Shown: positions 30,726-41,144 of the stretch, piece after piece
Layout of the letters: the number at the start of each line of letters is the position of its first letter
How positions within the stretch are numbered: the first letter of the stretch is position 1
IMG/VR virus record: IMGVR_UViG_3300028833_002727
Length of the DNA stretch: 64,000 nt
From: a virus
Lineage: Duplodnaviria > Heunggongvirae > Uroviricota > Caudoviricetes
Strand: one strand, 5' to 3'
Translations under genes and position numbers: made by a program
The notes under the pieces: model-generated
What the model was told of the DNA's origin: nothing
Databases searched by the model: none
What the model saw: only the letters and a program-made list of their open reading frames with translations

Positions 30726-31995
30726 TTTGTTTTTGTATTATTATCTCTTTGTAAAATTTCTCACGTTGTTTTGTAACAGTTGCTAAATCATATTTTTCAT
30801 GGAAATCTCTGTACAGATTATCTTGTAACATTTTCACATACTCAGGATGTTTTACAAGTTTTTCAATTGCCTTAACCCAGTCTTTTGGCGAACGTCTATT
30901 ATCAATCAAAATTGCATTACCATCTGGGTCGATTTCGCCACCCTTTTTGAAAAAATTCTTTAATCCAATTGTATACGGTCCAAAATTGCTTCCAATAAAC
31001 GCTGTATGTGAGAAACAACATTCAACTGGTTTTAATTCACTCTTTACAAGGTTAAACTCATTTTCTTTCAAAGGGGCTAACAAAACGTCAATTTCTCTAT
31101 AGTGTTGATAATAATTGTTCATATCCTTTGTCCAACATCTTTTATAACCCTCTTGTTCTGCATTTGGATATACACTATTTGGTACGAATTGTTCAAGGAA
31201 TTGTTTGTATTGTGGTGAGACAATTTTGTAATTGTCAGTAACCATTTTCTCGTATCTATACCATACACCTTCCTGTGGAGTCATTGGACGTATTTGCTTT
31301 GTGCCATCTGGAGCATAATATGTCATAGTGCCTCTATTATCGAATCCACACAAGACAATTTCAATTTTATCTAATATATCTTTTGGAAGTGCTCCAACAA
31401 ATCCACCCATTGTTTGTAAATCAGGTTCATGTGTTGAACCCATAATAAAACCAATTCTAAGTTTACTGCATTGTGGCTTCTCAACCACAAATCGTTTATC
31501 CGTAGGGTCTATTGCATTTGGAAAAACAATAACGTTTTTATTAAATGGACGTATCATTTTAGCAAAAAACTCGGTGGTTGTTGTAACATAATCAACAAGT
31601 TTTAAATTGGTTTTGATAGCATCTTCCTGATTAAATTCGTCACCTGTTTTTCTTGAAAACAATTGCATTTTATATTGTGGGTGTTCACTACCAAGTTTCC
31701 AGTGGTCGTCAATATCCATAATTGTAACAATTCCATTTTCTTTGAAAAAATTCAAGGCTCTAACAAAGTTTGCTTGTTTCTCGTTTGTGTCAAAAAATAA
31801 ACCCCTGTGAAAATGTATAATTTGAAATTGTTTAAATGCTTCGAGATTACTAAAATCAGGTTTAGACATTGATGCAATTTCAAATTCATCAGGATACATA
31901 GATAACAACTTTTGATGTGGTTGTACACTTCTATAAAAACCAATACCGCCAATTGTGTCGGTATAAATTATCAATACACGTATTTTATCGCTCAT
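30691..31995 (-). CDS. Glycosyltransferase, GT-B
   Basis: GIGFYRSVQPH, DIDDHW, PNAID, APLKENEFNLVKSELK. Confidence 0.8.
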   Translation of the reverse strand: MSDKIRVLIIYTDTIGGIGFYRSVQPHQKLLSMYPDEFEIASMSKPDFSNLEAFKQFQIIHFHRGLFFDTNEKQANFVRALNFFKENGIVTIMDIDDHWKLGSEHPQYKMQLFSRKTGDEFNQEDAIKTNLKLVDYVTTTTEFFAKMIRPFNKNVIVFPNAIDPTDKRFVVEKPQCSKLRIGFIMGSTHEPDLQTMGGFVGALPKDILDKIEIVLCGFDNRGTMTYYAPDGTKQIRPMTPQEGVWYRYEKMVTDNYKIVSPQYKQFLEQFVPNSVYPNAEQEGYKRCWTKDMNNYYQHYREIDVLLAPLKENEFNLVKSELKPVECCFSHTAFIGSNFGPYTIGLKNFFKKGGEIDPDGNAILIDNRRSPKDWVKAIEKLVKHPEYVKMLQDNLYRDFHEKYDLATVTKQREKFYKEIIIQKQIDKKYETLLNA

Positions 31996-32045
31996 TACAA
32001 ATTATCTTTTTATCTTAATCTAGTGTTTTAAAATAAAAAGTAAAT

Positions 32046-32074
32046 AAAAAAACCACCTGAAAAGATGGTTTTTT
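32046..32074 (-). terminator. Intrinsic terminator
   Basis: Minus strand ACCATCT-TTTC-AGGTGGT plus T run. Confidence 0.65.
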
Positions 32075-32093
32075 CAAAATATTCGTTAAAAAC

Positions 32094-32732
32094 TTATTGT
32101 TTTTTCTTTTTTAAGACTAATTGTCCTTCGTAAACATTACCTTTTGAATCTAAGAATTGTATCTTATTTCCACCAGGCATTCTGATACCAGCAACAGCAC
32201 CTTCGTTTAACATACCTTGTTTAATTGCCGCCATATTCTCTTTGATAGCTTCACTAACTAAGTATTTAATCATATTGTAATCAATACCACCAGTTTGCTG
32301 TGGTTGATACTGTGGTTGATATACTTGTTGAGGTTGTTGAACATATTGTTGTTGTCCTCTTTGTTCTGTTAATAAACTTGCCCCTGGTTGGTATCCACTT
32401 TGTGACATACTCATTGACTCTGCGCCAGGAAAACTGTAACCGCTAATTGGTGGTTGTTGTGCAAATGACTCCTGTAAAACACTACTACTAAACTGATGTT
32501 GTGGTACGTTTTCTTGAATTTGTTGTTGGGGTACATATGAACTAGGTTTTGATGAAGAACGTCCAAATACTTGCTGGTCCAAATATGCTAGATCATTGCC
32601 ACCTTTTCTTCTGCCTCCACCTTTTTTACCTCCGTTAGTCATAGCGCTAATTCCATCCAAATAAGCCATGTAATCCTCATTCATTAGACGTGAGGCTTTT
32701 GAAATTGCTGAATCTACTTGTGCTATATTCAT
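32094..32732 (-). CDS. Hypothetical Gln-rich protein
   Basis: 212-aa ORF, low-complexity centre, IDYNMIKYLVSEAIKE...LNEG. Confidence 0.6.
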   Translation of the reverse strand: MNIAQVDSAISKASRLMNEDYMAYLDGISAMTNGGKKGGGRRKGGNDLAYLDQQVFGRSSSKPSSYVPQQQIQENVPQHQFSSSVLQESFAQQPPISGYSFPGAESMSMSQSGYQPGASLLTEQRGQQQYVQQPQQVYQPQYQPQQTGGIDYNMIKYLVSEAIKENMAAIKQGMLNEGAVAGIRMPGGNKIQFLDSKGNVYEGQLVLKKKKQ

Positions 32733-32734
32733 TT

Positions 32735-33553
32735 TTATACGTTATTTTCGTTATCTTTGTTATTTTCTTCTGTATTATCTTGTTTTAATTCTTCATCACC
32801 TTTATTCACTGGGCCGTTTAATGCTATGTTCTGATATGTTTGTTGTCTTTGTTGTGTATTATCAGTTTTTCCTGTCGTTATTGTAGCATTATCTGGATTT
32901 TGTTTACTTATTGGTTTATCTGTTTGAACGTAGTTGTTATCACCAAAGTCAGTTGTTCTTGACATTTCTTCTGCTGATGCACCGTTTAACCAGTTTGCCA
33001 TAGCAGGATTTCTTTGCCAGTTAGCAACGTTTCTAGCAACATAATCAGGTGTTGGTACACGTCTACTACGTTCAATATTTTTTTGTAAATCGTAGTATGG
33101 ATTTTGTGCAACCTTTTGTGCGTGACGTTCTTGGTTATATTTCGACAAACCACCAGTTTCATATCTACGTTTTGCACCCGCATAATCAGCATTGATGTAA
33201 ACAGTTGACATGGATTTATCTCCGTCAGGATTATATTCATCTAACGGAGGCTGTGGGATGTTTGTTTTTTTATTTATCGGCTTCCATGTTTCGAACTTAT
33301 CCGTTCTAAATAATTTCCAATGCGGAACTTTCGTTTTTGTGTCACCAAATGGTTGATACGCACGAATTACTGGATTTCCTGCTTTTGATAAACCATACGC
33401 TACTGGCTGAATAATTCTCCAACCGCTTCCAGTTTCTTTTTCGTTCTCATCCGCAATGTAATTTACTTTTACTGGTTTCCTTTTTTTAATTGCAAGTTCG
33501 ATACTTGAGACATCAACATCCTCAAATAATATTTGTTTTTGCGTATTTGCCAT
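32735..33553 (-). CDS. WYL-domain protein
   Basis: AIKKRKPVKVNY...RIIQPVAYG...RAYQ...WKLFRTDK. Confidence 0.75.
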   Translation of the reverse strand: MANTQKQILFEDVDVSSIELAIKKRKPVKVNYIADENEKETGSGWRIIQPVAYGLSKAGNPVIRAYQPFGDTKTKVPHWKLFRTDKFETWKPINKKTNIPQPPLDEYNPDGDKSMSTVYINADYAGAKRRYETGGLSKYNQERHAQKVAQNPYYDLQKNIERSRRVPTPDYVARNVANWQRNPAMANWLNGASAEEMSRTTDFGDNNYVQTDKPISKQNPDNATITTGKTDNTQQRQQTYQNIALNGPVNKGDEELKQDNTEENNKDNENNV

Positions 33554-33558
33554 TACAG

Positions 33559-33984
33559 TCAGTCAACCCAATATTGTCCTGGTACGCTTGTTGATGTGTC
33601 AACTGAGCCTGGTCCATATTCATTACCAGCATTATAAGGGTTCATACCACCAAACACTAAATAGTTACGCCCAGCGTCACCTTGAAATGCTTTGTCAACA
33701 CCTTTTGTACCATCAATATCATATACGTTACCTGCACCACTATTGATGTCAGTGTTAACTGTTGTACCCATCATTGTTGATGTTGCATGTGTACCTTTCT
33801 TTGTTGGAATAGATAAATGTGATAAAGATGTACCAGTACCTTTACCTTTATTATCGCCATCTGCCAATGCATCTGGGTGTGCTGCTGAGTATGGAGTTGC
33901 CTCATCATATGTGTAAGGGCTTTTAATGAATTCACTCGTTCTCTCATCTATCGCAATTCTTTCAAGTTCAGATTGTTTTGCCAT
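33559..33984 (-). CDS. Hypothetical virion protein
   Basis: 141-aa ORF in a late operon. Confidence 0.6.
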   Translation of the reverse strand: MAKQSELERIAIDERTSEFIKSPYTYDEATPYSAAHPDALADGDNKGKGTGTSLSHLSIPTKKGTHATSTMMGTTVNTDINSGAGNVYDIDGTKGVDKAFQGDAGRNYLVFGGMNPYNAGNEYGPGSVDTSTSVPGQYWVD

Positions 33985-34040
33985 TTCTAAAAATGTATTT
34001 ATTTGTAAATTAGTTATTTTTTTTATTTTGTCAAGACTTA

Positions 34041-34805
34041 TTAGTTATTTTCATAATAAATCTTTGTATTTCCTTCTTTTCTATGCCCTTTTCCTGGGAT
34101 TGCTGATTTAGGCTGTTCTATACCAGTATTTGTATTACTATGCACATTACGCAACGAATCGCCTTGCATTTGCGCGCGTTTGATAAGGGAGTTGATAGCA
34201 CCAGTTATTTTTGTATTGGAACTATTCCCTAATTCATTGCGTAAACGATAAAGTGATGGTAAATCCATTTGTTCACCACTTCTTAAACGTTTCATTATAT
34301 CATCATGTTCACCATCTGGTGTTGCAAATGCTCTAACTTCATTAGGTAATGAATATAATTTTTTACCATCAAGTTCAGCATTACGTTCATTCAAGTGTTT
34401 TTGAAATGGTTTAGTGCCAAAATATTTATTACAATTTTTATTTGAACACAAATACACTGGTTCACCTTTAATATACAAACCTACTTTGCTTCCACATTCA
34501 GGACATATTTCAGGAACTATTCCACCCTCATCATTTTTTACTATTTTTTTTTTATTGTTTTCATATAATGAGTAACCAGCACCACGTCTAGTCCATTGAT
34601 TGTTTGCTATTTTGTTTTTAGCATAAGCATCTGCTGTTCTAGTGTCACCACCTGGTTCTGTTGGAATTACTTCACCGTCAGTTGCTGGAATTGAATCCAC
34701 AGGGTATTCACTACCAGTACTCGTGTTACTTAGGTAACCACCCATGGCGTCTTCACCAATGATGTGTTTTAATTGTTCACTTGTAAAATATACTTTCTTG
34801 CTCAT
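34041..34805 (-). CDS. Leader-bearing protein with a zinc ribbon
   Basis: MSKKVYFTSEQLKHIIGE; CPECG...CSNKNC; late motif at 34828-34835. Confidence 0.6.
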   Translation of the reverse strand: MSKKVYFTSEQLKHIIGEDAMGGYLSNTSTGSEYPVDSIPATDGEVIPTEPGGDTRTADAYAKNKIANNQWTRRGAGYSLYENNKKKIVKNDEGGIVPEICPECGSKVGLYIKGEPVYLCSNKNCNKYFGTKPFQKHLNERNAELDGKKLYSLPNEVRAFATPDGEHDDIMKRLRSGEQMDLPSLYRLRNELGNSSNTKITGAINSLIKRAQMQGDSLRNVHSNTNTGIEQPKSAIPGKGHRKEGNTKIYYENN

Positions 34806-34898
34806 TTTACTTCATTTTTCTTTAACAATAAATACATGATTATCTCCATTTTTTACTTCAAAATGGTATTTATAGTAAAAATAAACTTATTATTAAGA

Positions 34899-36488
34899 AT
34901 GGCGATACTTAACAAATATAAAAAAAAATGGAAAACATTACTGTTACTACGAAAAGATAGGTATGATGATTTTGTGCTATCGCTAGATAACACAAAGGCA
35001 GTACCGCTTGACGGTAAACTAACAGAAAATTGTTTGATTAGTTATATTGACACCAATAATCCGAATTGTATTATTGATAATTCTTTATTGTTTTCAGATT
35101 CAAAATACAGTTATGAAAACGCAATAAATAATAATGTGTCATTAAGTAACATTGGTTTTACAGGTATTGACACTTCAATTGTTCCGTTTGATAAAGACAA
35201 TGTTGATATGGATGAGTTTATTGACATTGTTCAAATGAGTACTTTAGATATTACAAGTGGTGATACAAGATTACAATTGTTACCTGTGTCTGGAAACACA
35301 AAATTGTATGATTATCCTTGCGAAATAGTTTCAGAAAGTGGCGACACATATTATAAATTAAATGGTGGATTTTTACAAGGATTCTACAAAACATGTGATG
35401 GTAAATATGAAGTATTACCTCAATACATAAACAACACTTGGAATTTAGAGTTTGTTATTCGCCCAAGAAGTGACTATCAAGAAAGTGGTGAGACGAGCGC
35501 AAATACTTTGAATACGATGTACCCTGATAATAGCGGAATATTCTTCTATATGGGTACAAGAGCGGAGAATAAATTTGTTGAATATTTCGGTTGCAAAGAC
35601 ATTGACAAATATCCACTTCGAGAAGTTTCTGGTGAGACATCAAGTAAAACATGGGAAAATATACCATTGTTAGTGACATCTGAAGGACATATAGCAGAGT
35701 CTGGTATAGAATACGATATAGCAACTGACAATGGTTATTTAATTTATGACAGAACATGTGAAGGATATACAACTGATACGTGGACTCGTGGAAATACTTT
35801 ACGTTTAACACTTAAACACCGTGATATTGAGGATAATCTATATACGCTGTTGAACAGAACTTGTACTGGTTTTACAACAGATACATTAGCAAAATATCTA
35901 GAAGAACATCCAGAAAAATACACTAAAAATAAATGTAATATTATTGGTGATTTAATTGGTAATGCATTTGCTTTGAAAGTTAATAGAGATGACTCTATTG
36001 GTTACAAATATCTAATTAGAGATTGTAACAATGAGGATAAATTTTCAATCGCGGAAGAAAACGGTTTCCCTGGATTGATTAAAGACGGTGAATGGAATGT
36101 CATCAATGTTATGTTTAAAATTTTAAACGGTGAAGTTGACAAATGTGGTGTTCCATTGGGTGAACGAAGAATGAAAATATACATCTATGTAAATGGTTAC
36201 TTGAAATTTGTTTCAAAAGAATTACCTGAGTTTAATTTCAGAGAGTTGAACAATTTCTGTGATGAACAGGAAGGTGTAGCATTTAATTTGTCACTTGGAG
36301 GTGGAACACAAGGTTTAATGGAAAGCGTTTGGTTTAATAAAATGACTGGTTCAAAACATATTTTCCCTTTGGAAAGCAATTTTGCTGGAAGTTTTATTGG
36401 TGATATACGCTCATTCAAGTTCTATAATTGTCAACTACAGTACAATCAAATCAAAAATAATTACATATACGAAATAAATAAAAACTAA
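34899..36488 (+). CDS. Virion structural protein (LamG/concanavalin-like C-terminus)
   Basis: WNVINV...IYIYVNG...LGG...F.GDI..FKFY; late motif at 34866-34873 places the start at MAILNK. Confidence 0.6.
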   Translation: MAILNKYKKKWKTLLLLRKDRYDDFVLSLDNTKAVPLDGKLTENCLISYIDTNNPNCIIDNSLLFSDSKYSYENAINNNVSLSNIGFTGIDTSIVPFDKDNVDMDEFIDIVQMSTLDITSGDTRLQLLPVSGNTKLYDYPCEIVSESGDTYYKLNGGFLQGFYKTCDGKYEVLPQYINNTWNLEFVIRPRSDYQESGETSANTLNTMYPDNSGIFFYMGTRAENKFVEYFGCKDIDKYPLREVSGETSSKTWENIPLLVTSEGHIAESGIEYDIATDNGYLIYDRTCEGYTTDTWTRGNTLRLTLKHRDIEDNLYTLLNRTCTGFTTDTLAKYLEEHPEKYTKNKCNIIGDLIGNAFALKVNRDDSIGYKYLIRDCNNEDKFSIAEENGFPGLIKDGEWNVINVMFKILNGEVDKCGVPLGERRMKIYIYVNGYLKFVSKELPEFNFRELNNFCDEQEGVAFNLSLGGGTQGLMESVWFNKMTGSKHIFPLESNFAGSFIGDIRSFKFYNCQLQYNQIKNNYIYEINKN

Positions 36489-36490
36489 TT

Positions 36491-36967
36491 ATGGCACAGA
36501 CAAAAAGATATAGAGATGGGGACAGATTACATGCTGGTGTTTTTAACGCATTACTAAACACAGTTGAAAAACTTGAATATGACGTTGATGAACTAAAAAA
36601 GAAAAAAGACAACAACACATGGCGCTCTATTAAGGTGAACAATAAAGAGATTTTAGGTAATGGAACAAATACAAACCCGTTAAATTTATTACCTGGAGAT
36701 GGAGTGACTATTTCACATGATAATAATGGTAATGTTACTATTGCTAGCACTGGTGGCGGAGGAGGTGGTACTTCATATATTGCAGGTGACAACATTAAAA
36801 TTAATGGTAATGTTATTAGTGCTATAGATACCAAATATATATCTTCTGATTTTGATATTAAAGATTTAGCGGATTCAGAAGGTTTACGTGAAGAATGGAG
36901 CAGTAAACAAGATCCTATTTCTGTTGATGTAGAGGATGTTATTGATGTCTTAAACGATGAAGATTAA
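36491..36967 (+). CDS. Short tail-fibre-like protein
   Basis: GGGGGGTSYIAGDNIKINGNVISA fibre-type segment. Confidence 0.5.
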   Translation: MAQTKRYRDGDRLHAGVFNALLNTVEKLEYDVDELKKKKDNNTWRSIKVNNKEILGNGTNTNPLNLLPGDGVTISHDNNGNVTIASTGGGGGGTSYIAGDNIKINGNVISAIDTKYISSDFDIKDLADSEGLREEWSSKQDPISVDVEDVIDVLNDED

Positions 36968-36969
36968 CT

Positions 36970-37009
36970 AAAAAAATAGCAAGCTATGCAACGCTTGCTA
37001 TTTCTTTTT
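36970..37009. terminator. Bidirectional terminator overlapping the polymerase stop
   Basis: AAATAGCAAGC-N8-GCTTGCTATTT. Confidence 0.7.
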
Positions 37010-40000
37010 CTGTTTCAACTTCAGCAGCCTCATTTAACTGTTTCTCTTTTTCTTCGAGTAAATCAACCAAGTTCGCTAAAGTTGCAAGTACAACGTCAGG
37101 ATATTCTTTACAAACGAAATCACCGTTTACTGGGTTAATATCTGCAATCTTTGTTAGTGATTCTGGTATTTCACCTTCTTCTAACAAATCATCAATTTCA
37201 CCTATAGACAATTTGTTCAATTCTTTTTCGAATTTCTCACGCGTAGCATCAACGCCAAGACGTTTTTCCTCAGCCTTACGATGAATGTAATCTTGTTGAA
37301 TACCTTCCCAAGTGCCCATTCCACATTCTTCAATAAATGGTGGTACTAATCCATATTCCATCCAGAATTTTATTTCCTTGTCTTCCATTGTCATAAGTTG
37401 TTCATATGTATCCTGGTCGCTTGTCTTATAAGGTTGTCCAGAACTCATCTGACACTCTTCTTCCGTAAAATATTGTCTATTTTCCGGATTTGTAACAACT
37501 ATTCTATCACGAATAGACTTATCGAAACATACAAGTAATGGTTTAATACGTTTATTGAACATATCTATGTATTTTGCAACATTGTATTCAATTCCATTGT
37601 CATCATCACACAAGACATCACTTTCACTTTCAACAATTTCTCTTGGTACAAGAATACAATTCATTATAACCTCTTCTGTCGTGTAGTAACCAGGATATTC
37701 CGTGGCAATCCATTTTTGTTTGTCAAGAACTGGAGCACCGATTTTCATACCGCATTCTTTCTTGTATTTTTTGTAGCCACTATCTATTTTGTTGGAGAAT
37801 TCAATTTCATTTCCATCAAAATCTTTATAGTAGTAATGTGTTACTTTTTTGACATCAGAATGTGACTTACTCTTACCAGTATTTACATAGTATATGGTAT
37901 CACCATTATCAACATGCAAATCGTTGGCAATAGCTAATTCATACCATGCCTGTCTTGATTTTGGGCGCCCAGCCTTGGTTACCTGTTTTATATCTTCTAA
38001 GTATTCCTTAACACTTTTCTTAATTTTTCCCTTTGTTGCAATGTCACGAATAGGAATTTGGTAATTATAAATCTTCGCCAAATATTCGTAGTAGAACTCA
38101 ATGAATTGAGCACCTTCACCACGTAGCAACTGTCTAATTGCTGTATCAAGGAAAATCTCGATATATTGAGGCATCTTCTTCGATTTGATGGTATTGCCTA
38201 CAAGTTTTACATCTTCAGGATATGTCTTGTCTGGGAAATAGTCCGCATAGTTCTTACGGGAGAAGTTAATAGTTGAACTAACAACGTCATCAATACCTAA
38301 ACCCATTTTGTTTACTGCACTTGGCGAGTAGTGGAAATCTTTCATGTACATATCGTTGAACTCAGCAACATCAGCAGCAAATCCTGTATATGCTTTACCT
38401 TCTTTTACCTCACGGTTTAACCCTTTACCGATGTAAGGGTTCTCTTCGGTATATCTATACGTTTTAGGTATTTGGAAGTTGAAACCATCAGTATCACCTA
38501 CAATTGGTTCATATCCCAAATCATGGAAATGACTAATCATTAAACGTAGGCATTGACGCCCAGTACAAGTTGTTTGTTCAGCACATTTTTTGGATTTCCA
38601 CGGGAATACAGCGCCATTGTTAGAACCATAACTACCGAAGAACGAGTTACCAAGTTTTTTAACAACCGCTTGGTTATTATCATTAACTTTGAAATCATTT
38701 TTAGCAGCCTCATATTCAGCCAATTGTTCTTTGAGTAATTGAATACCATGAGTTAATTGTTTCTCATACTCATCAACAATATTTTCTGCCGCTTTCTTGA
38801 GTTTCTTGTATTTCTCACGGTTAGTCAATACGTATTCAAGCATATGTAACATTGCTTGCATCAAGTCAGTATCATCAGAAATACCCCAAGTTAAAATAAT
38901 AGACGGATAAAGTGAGTTGTAGTCCAATTTTACTACATCTCTAACATAGCCTACTCGCAAAAGACGTGATAAACCACCTGTAAAAGCACCTGTATTTGCT
39001 GCTAATGGGATTGCTAAGTCGTTTTCATAACTCCACGCCAACATAATAGCCTTCCATTGTCCAGCCGTACCCATTGTTGTACACTTTGAGAATGGTTCAG
39101 GAATAATTTTTGCTAACATGAAGTCAGTACCATTGTAACTATATTCAACTCTGTCACATTCCCAAATATCATCCAAAAGGTAGCGGTTAATGATATATTC
39201 ACCTGTTACAACTTCATAACCATCTGCAAGATAGTTACGCTTGTACATAACAAATGGTTTATCACTAACTTTACCTTTCTTAAATTCAGTCTCTTTACTA
39301 TCTGGTAATGTTTCATCATACAAATACCAGTCACCATCCGTATCATTGAAAGCATATTTATTGACGGTATCCGTCAATATTTTATCAATATCTTGTCCTG
39401 GAGTATACACACGGTTATCTTTCTTGATACCGAGGAAGCCACTAATATACTTCAAATCAGCACGTTTAATAGAACTGTTGGTTGCTTGTGCCCTACGTAC
39501 AGCGTGCATTGAATCAGTTACCGTTGTATCTGGAACAATGGTACGATAGAATTTCTCTACCTCACCACCAAGTTTCAATGTGCTCTCGCGTGTTTCCTTA
39601 TGTATAAACTCATCATGGAAATATTTTTTGGACATTTCCTCGATACTTGTACCTAACATTTCACAACGAACAATAATAAAGTTCCAGTCGAAGTTTTCAC
39701 CGTTATGTGCGGTGATGATGTCAGGTTTGAATGTGTATATAAGTTTCAAGAATAAATCAATAACTTCCAATTCCGATTTATTCTTTTCTTCTTCTGTATT
39801 ACCACTGATTTTGAAAATTCTACCCCAATTCTTATATGTTTTACCATTGATGGTAACAGGACGATTTAAACGGACACCGTTAAGTTTCAAACGATGTCTT
39901 TTCGGGTCGAGTCCTTCCGTTTCCAAGTCGAATGCCATACGTAACAACTGGTCGTAGTCCGTATAACCCTTGAAAAAACGTTTACCTGTTGAAATTAGAA

Positions 40001-40490
40001 ATTGTTCTTGGGGTGTTACTGTTAAGTATTGACGGTTTTTATCTCTATTCACAAGAGATTTATCGTCATCTTTCTTATCTGAATATACTGGGTTTCCTGC
40101 CCATTTGAAGAAACGAAGAAAGTCACTATACGACATCCTATTTTTGGCATAGAACAAAAACAAATATCCATCGTCAAACTCATGGCGAACCTCACCAAGA
40201 CTATTTGTGTTATTTAAACGTTTAACACCTATTTGGAATTTATTGAGAAGTTTTTTTACCTCATTTCTATTACCACCACATAGTTTGTTACATGCCTCGT
40301 ATGTAGCCCAAAGGAACGGGAAAAATGGTTCGTCTTTTACACATTTTCTATCCTGCTCATCTCTGTAGAATACGCTGATGAAATCATTTTTATAAGAATA
40401 GGATAGATTTACTATTCGTTCTTGAGGGTCTCTACCCTCCATAAATTTAGCAATGTCCTCTTGCGAGATTTTAAGTTTTCTTTCTTCCAT
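36984..40490 (-). CDS. polB: DNA polymerase, family B, with 3'-5' exonuclease
   Basis: FDLET, HNGENFDW, DYNSLYPSII, KKLGNSFFG, GDTDG. Confidence 0.95.
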   Translation of the reverse strand: MEERKLKISQEDIAKFMEGRDPQERIVNLSYSYKNDFISVFYRDEQDRKCVKDEPFFPFLWATYEACNKLCGGNRNEVKKLLNKFQIGVKRLNNTNSLGEVRHEFDDGYLFLFYAKNRMSYSDFLRFFKWAGNPVYSDKKDDDKSLVNRDKNRQYLTVTPQEQFLISTGKRFFKGYTDYDQLLRMAFDLETEGLDPKRHRLKLNGVRLNRPVTINGKTYKNWGRIFKISGNTEEEKNKSELEVIDLFLKLIYTFKPDIITAHNGENFDWNFIIVRCEMLGTSIEEMSKKYFHDEFIHKETRESTLKLGGEVEKFYRTIVPDTTVTDSMHAVRRAQATNSSIKRADLKYISGFLGIKKDNRVYTPGQDIDKILTDTVNKYAFNDTDGDWYLYDETLPDSKETEFKKGKVSDKPFVMYKRNYLADGYEVVTGEYIINRYLLDDIWECDRVEYSYNGTDFMLAKIIPEPFSKCTTMGTAGQWKAIMLAWSYENDLAIPLAANTGAFTGGLSRLLRVGYVRDVVKLDYNSLYPSIILTWGISDDTDLMQAMLHMLEYVLTNREKYKKLKKAAENIVDEYEKQLTHGIQLLKEQLAEYEAAKNDFKVNDNNQAVVKKLGNSFFGSYGSNNGAVFPWKSKKCAEQTTCTGRQCLRLMISHFHDLGYEPIVGDTDGFNFQIPKTYRYTEENPYIGKGLNREVKEGKAYTGFAADVAEFNDMYMKDFHYSPSAVNKMGLGIDDVVSSTINFSRKNYADYFPDKTYPEDVKLVGNTIKSKKMPQYIEIFLDTAIRQLLRGEGAQFIEFYYEYLAKIYNYQIPIRDIATKGKIKKSVKEYLEDIKQVTKAGRPKSRQAWYELAIANDLHVDNGDTIYYVNTGKSKSHSDVKKVTHYYYKDFDGNEIEFSNKIDSGYKKYKKECGMKIGAPVLDKQKWIATEYPGYYTTEEVIMNCILVPREIVESESDVLCDDDNGIEYNVAKYIDMFNKRIKPLLVCFDKSIRDRIVVTNPENRQYFTEEECQMSSGQPYKTSDQDTYEQLMTMEDKEIKFWMEYGLVPPFIEECGMGTWEGIQQDYIHRKAEEKRLGVDATREKFEKELNKLSIGEIDDLLEEGEIPESLTKIADINPVNGDFVCKEYPDVVLATLANLVDLLEEKEKQLNEAAEVETEKEIASVA

Positions 40491-40540
40491 ATTTTATCGT
40501 TTTTACTAAACCGCATTCCACGGTTATTATTCTTCAACAA

Positions 40541-40572
40541 TAAATATACACAAAATAATCATTAAAAACAAA
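40541..40572 (-). promoter_or_regulatory. Putative early/middle promoter TTTG-N20-TATATTTA
   Basis: TGTATATTTA is shared with four other non-structural gene starts. Confidence 0.5.
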
Positions 40573-40601
40573 AAAGCGAAGAAAAAATCTTCGCCTTATT
40601 G

Positions 40602-41144
40602 TTAAAAGTTTAAATCCAACGGATACCTATCATCTTCCCAATCATCATCAGAATTGTCGTCGCCATTTTCATCATAATTACCTTCTTCATCAAATCCTTC
40701 TTCGTCTTTATCTTCCTCATTTTCGGGTTTTTCTGGCGGTACATAACCTGGTTTATCTTCCTCAAAATCTAAACCAAGAATATGTAACTGATCCACAACA
40801 TCACTATATTTTTCACCAAACGGAACAATAAACCTATGTTCAGGGTAATCATCCAATCCGTTAATATCTTGAAAACACAACGCAATACATCCGTCAATAC
40901 AATCTTGCATTGAGAAACACGTATTCTCTTGCGCACATATTAACCTCATATCAGTTTTCAAGTGACGTATTTCGGAATAACTTGATTCTTCTGGCGTTAC
41001 ATCACCGCACGCTGCTGGACACATAACATACCAATAATCACCAAATGTTACTTCCGGCGTCTCTGAAAAGAAAAACTCATACTCATATACATCTTGTGAA
41101 TTATGCCCTACAGGATATACATATACTAAACTTAACTCTTTCAT
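40602..41144 (-). CDS. Hypothetical protein with acidic tail
   Basis: 180-aa ORF followed by a terminator at about 40570-40597. Confidence 0.6.
   Translation of the reverse strand: MKELSLVYVYPVGHNSQDVYEYEFFFSETPEVTFGDYWYVMCPAACGDVTPEESSYSEIRHLKTDMRLICAQENTCFSMQDCIDGCIALCFQDINGLDDYPEHRFIVPFGEKYSDVVDQLHILGLDFEEDKPGYVPPEKPENEEDKDEEGFDEEGNYDENGDDNSDDDWEDDRYPLDLNF

Noticed and set aside
33995-34002. GTATTTAT copies here, at 6660 and near 50849 as promoters
   Set aside because: Wrong orientation for local genes, or explained by Gly-Ile-Tyr codons; chance hits are expected in AT-rich DNA
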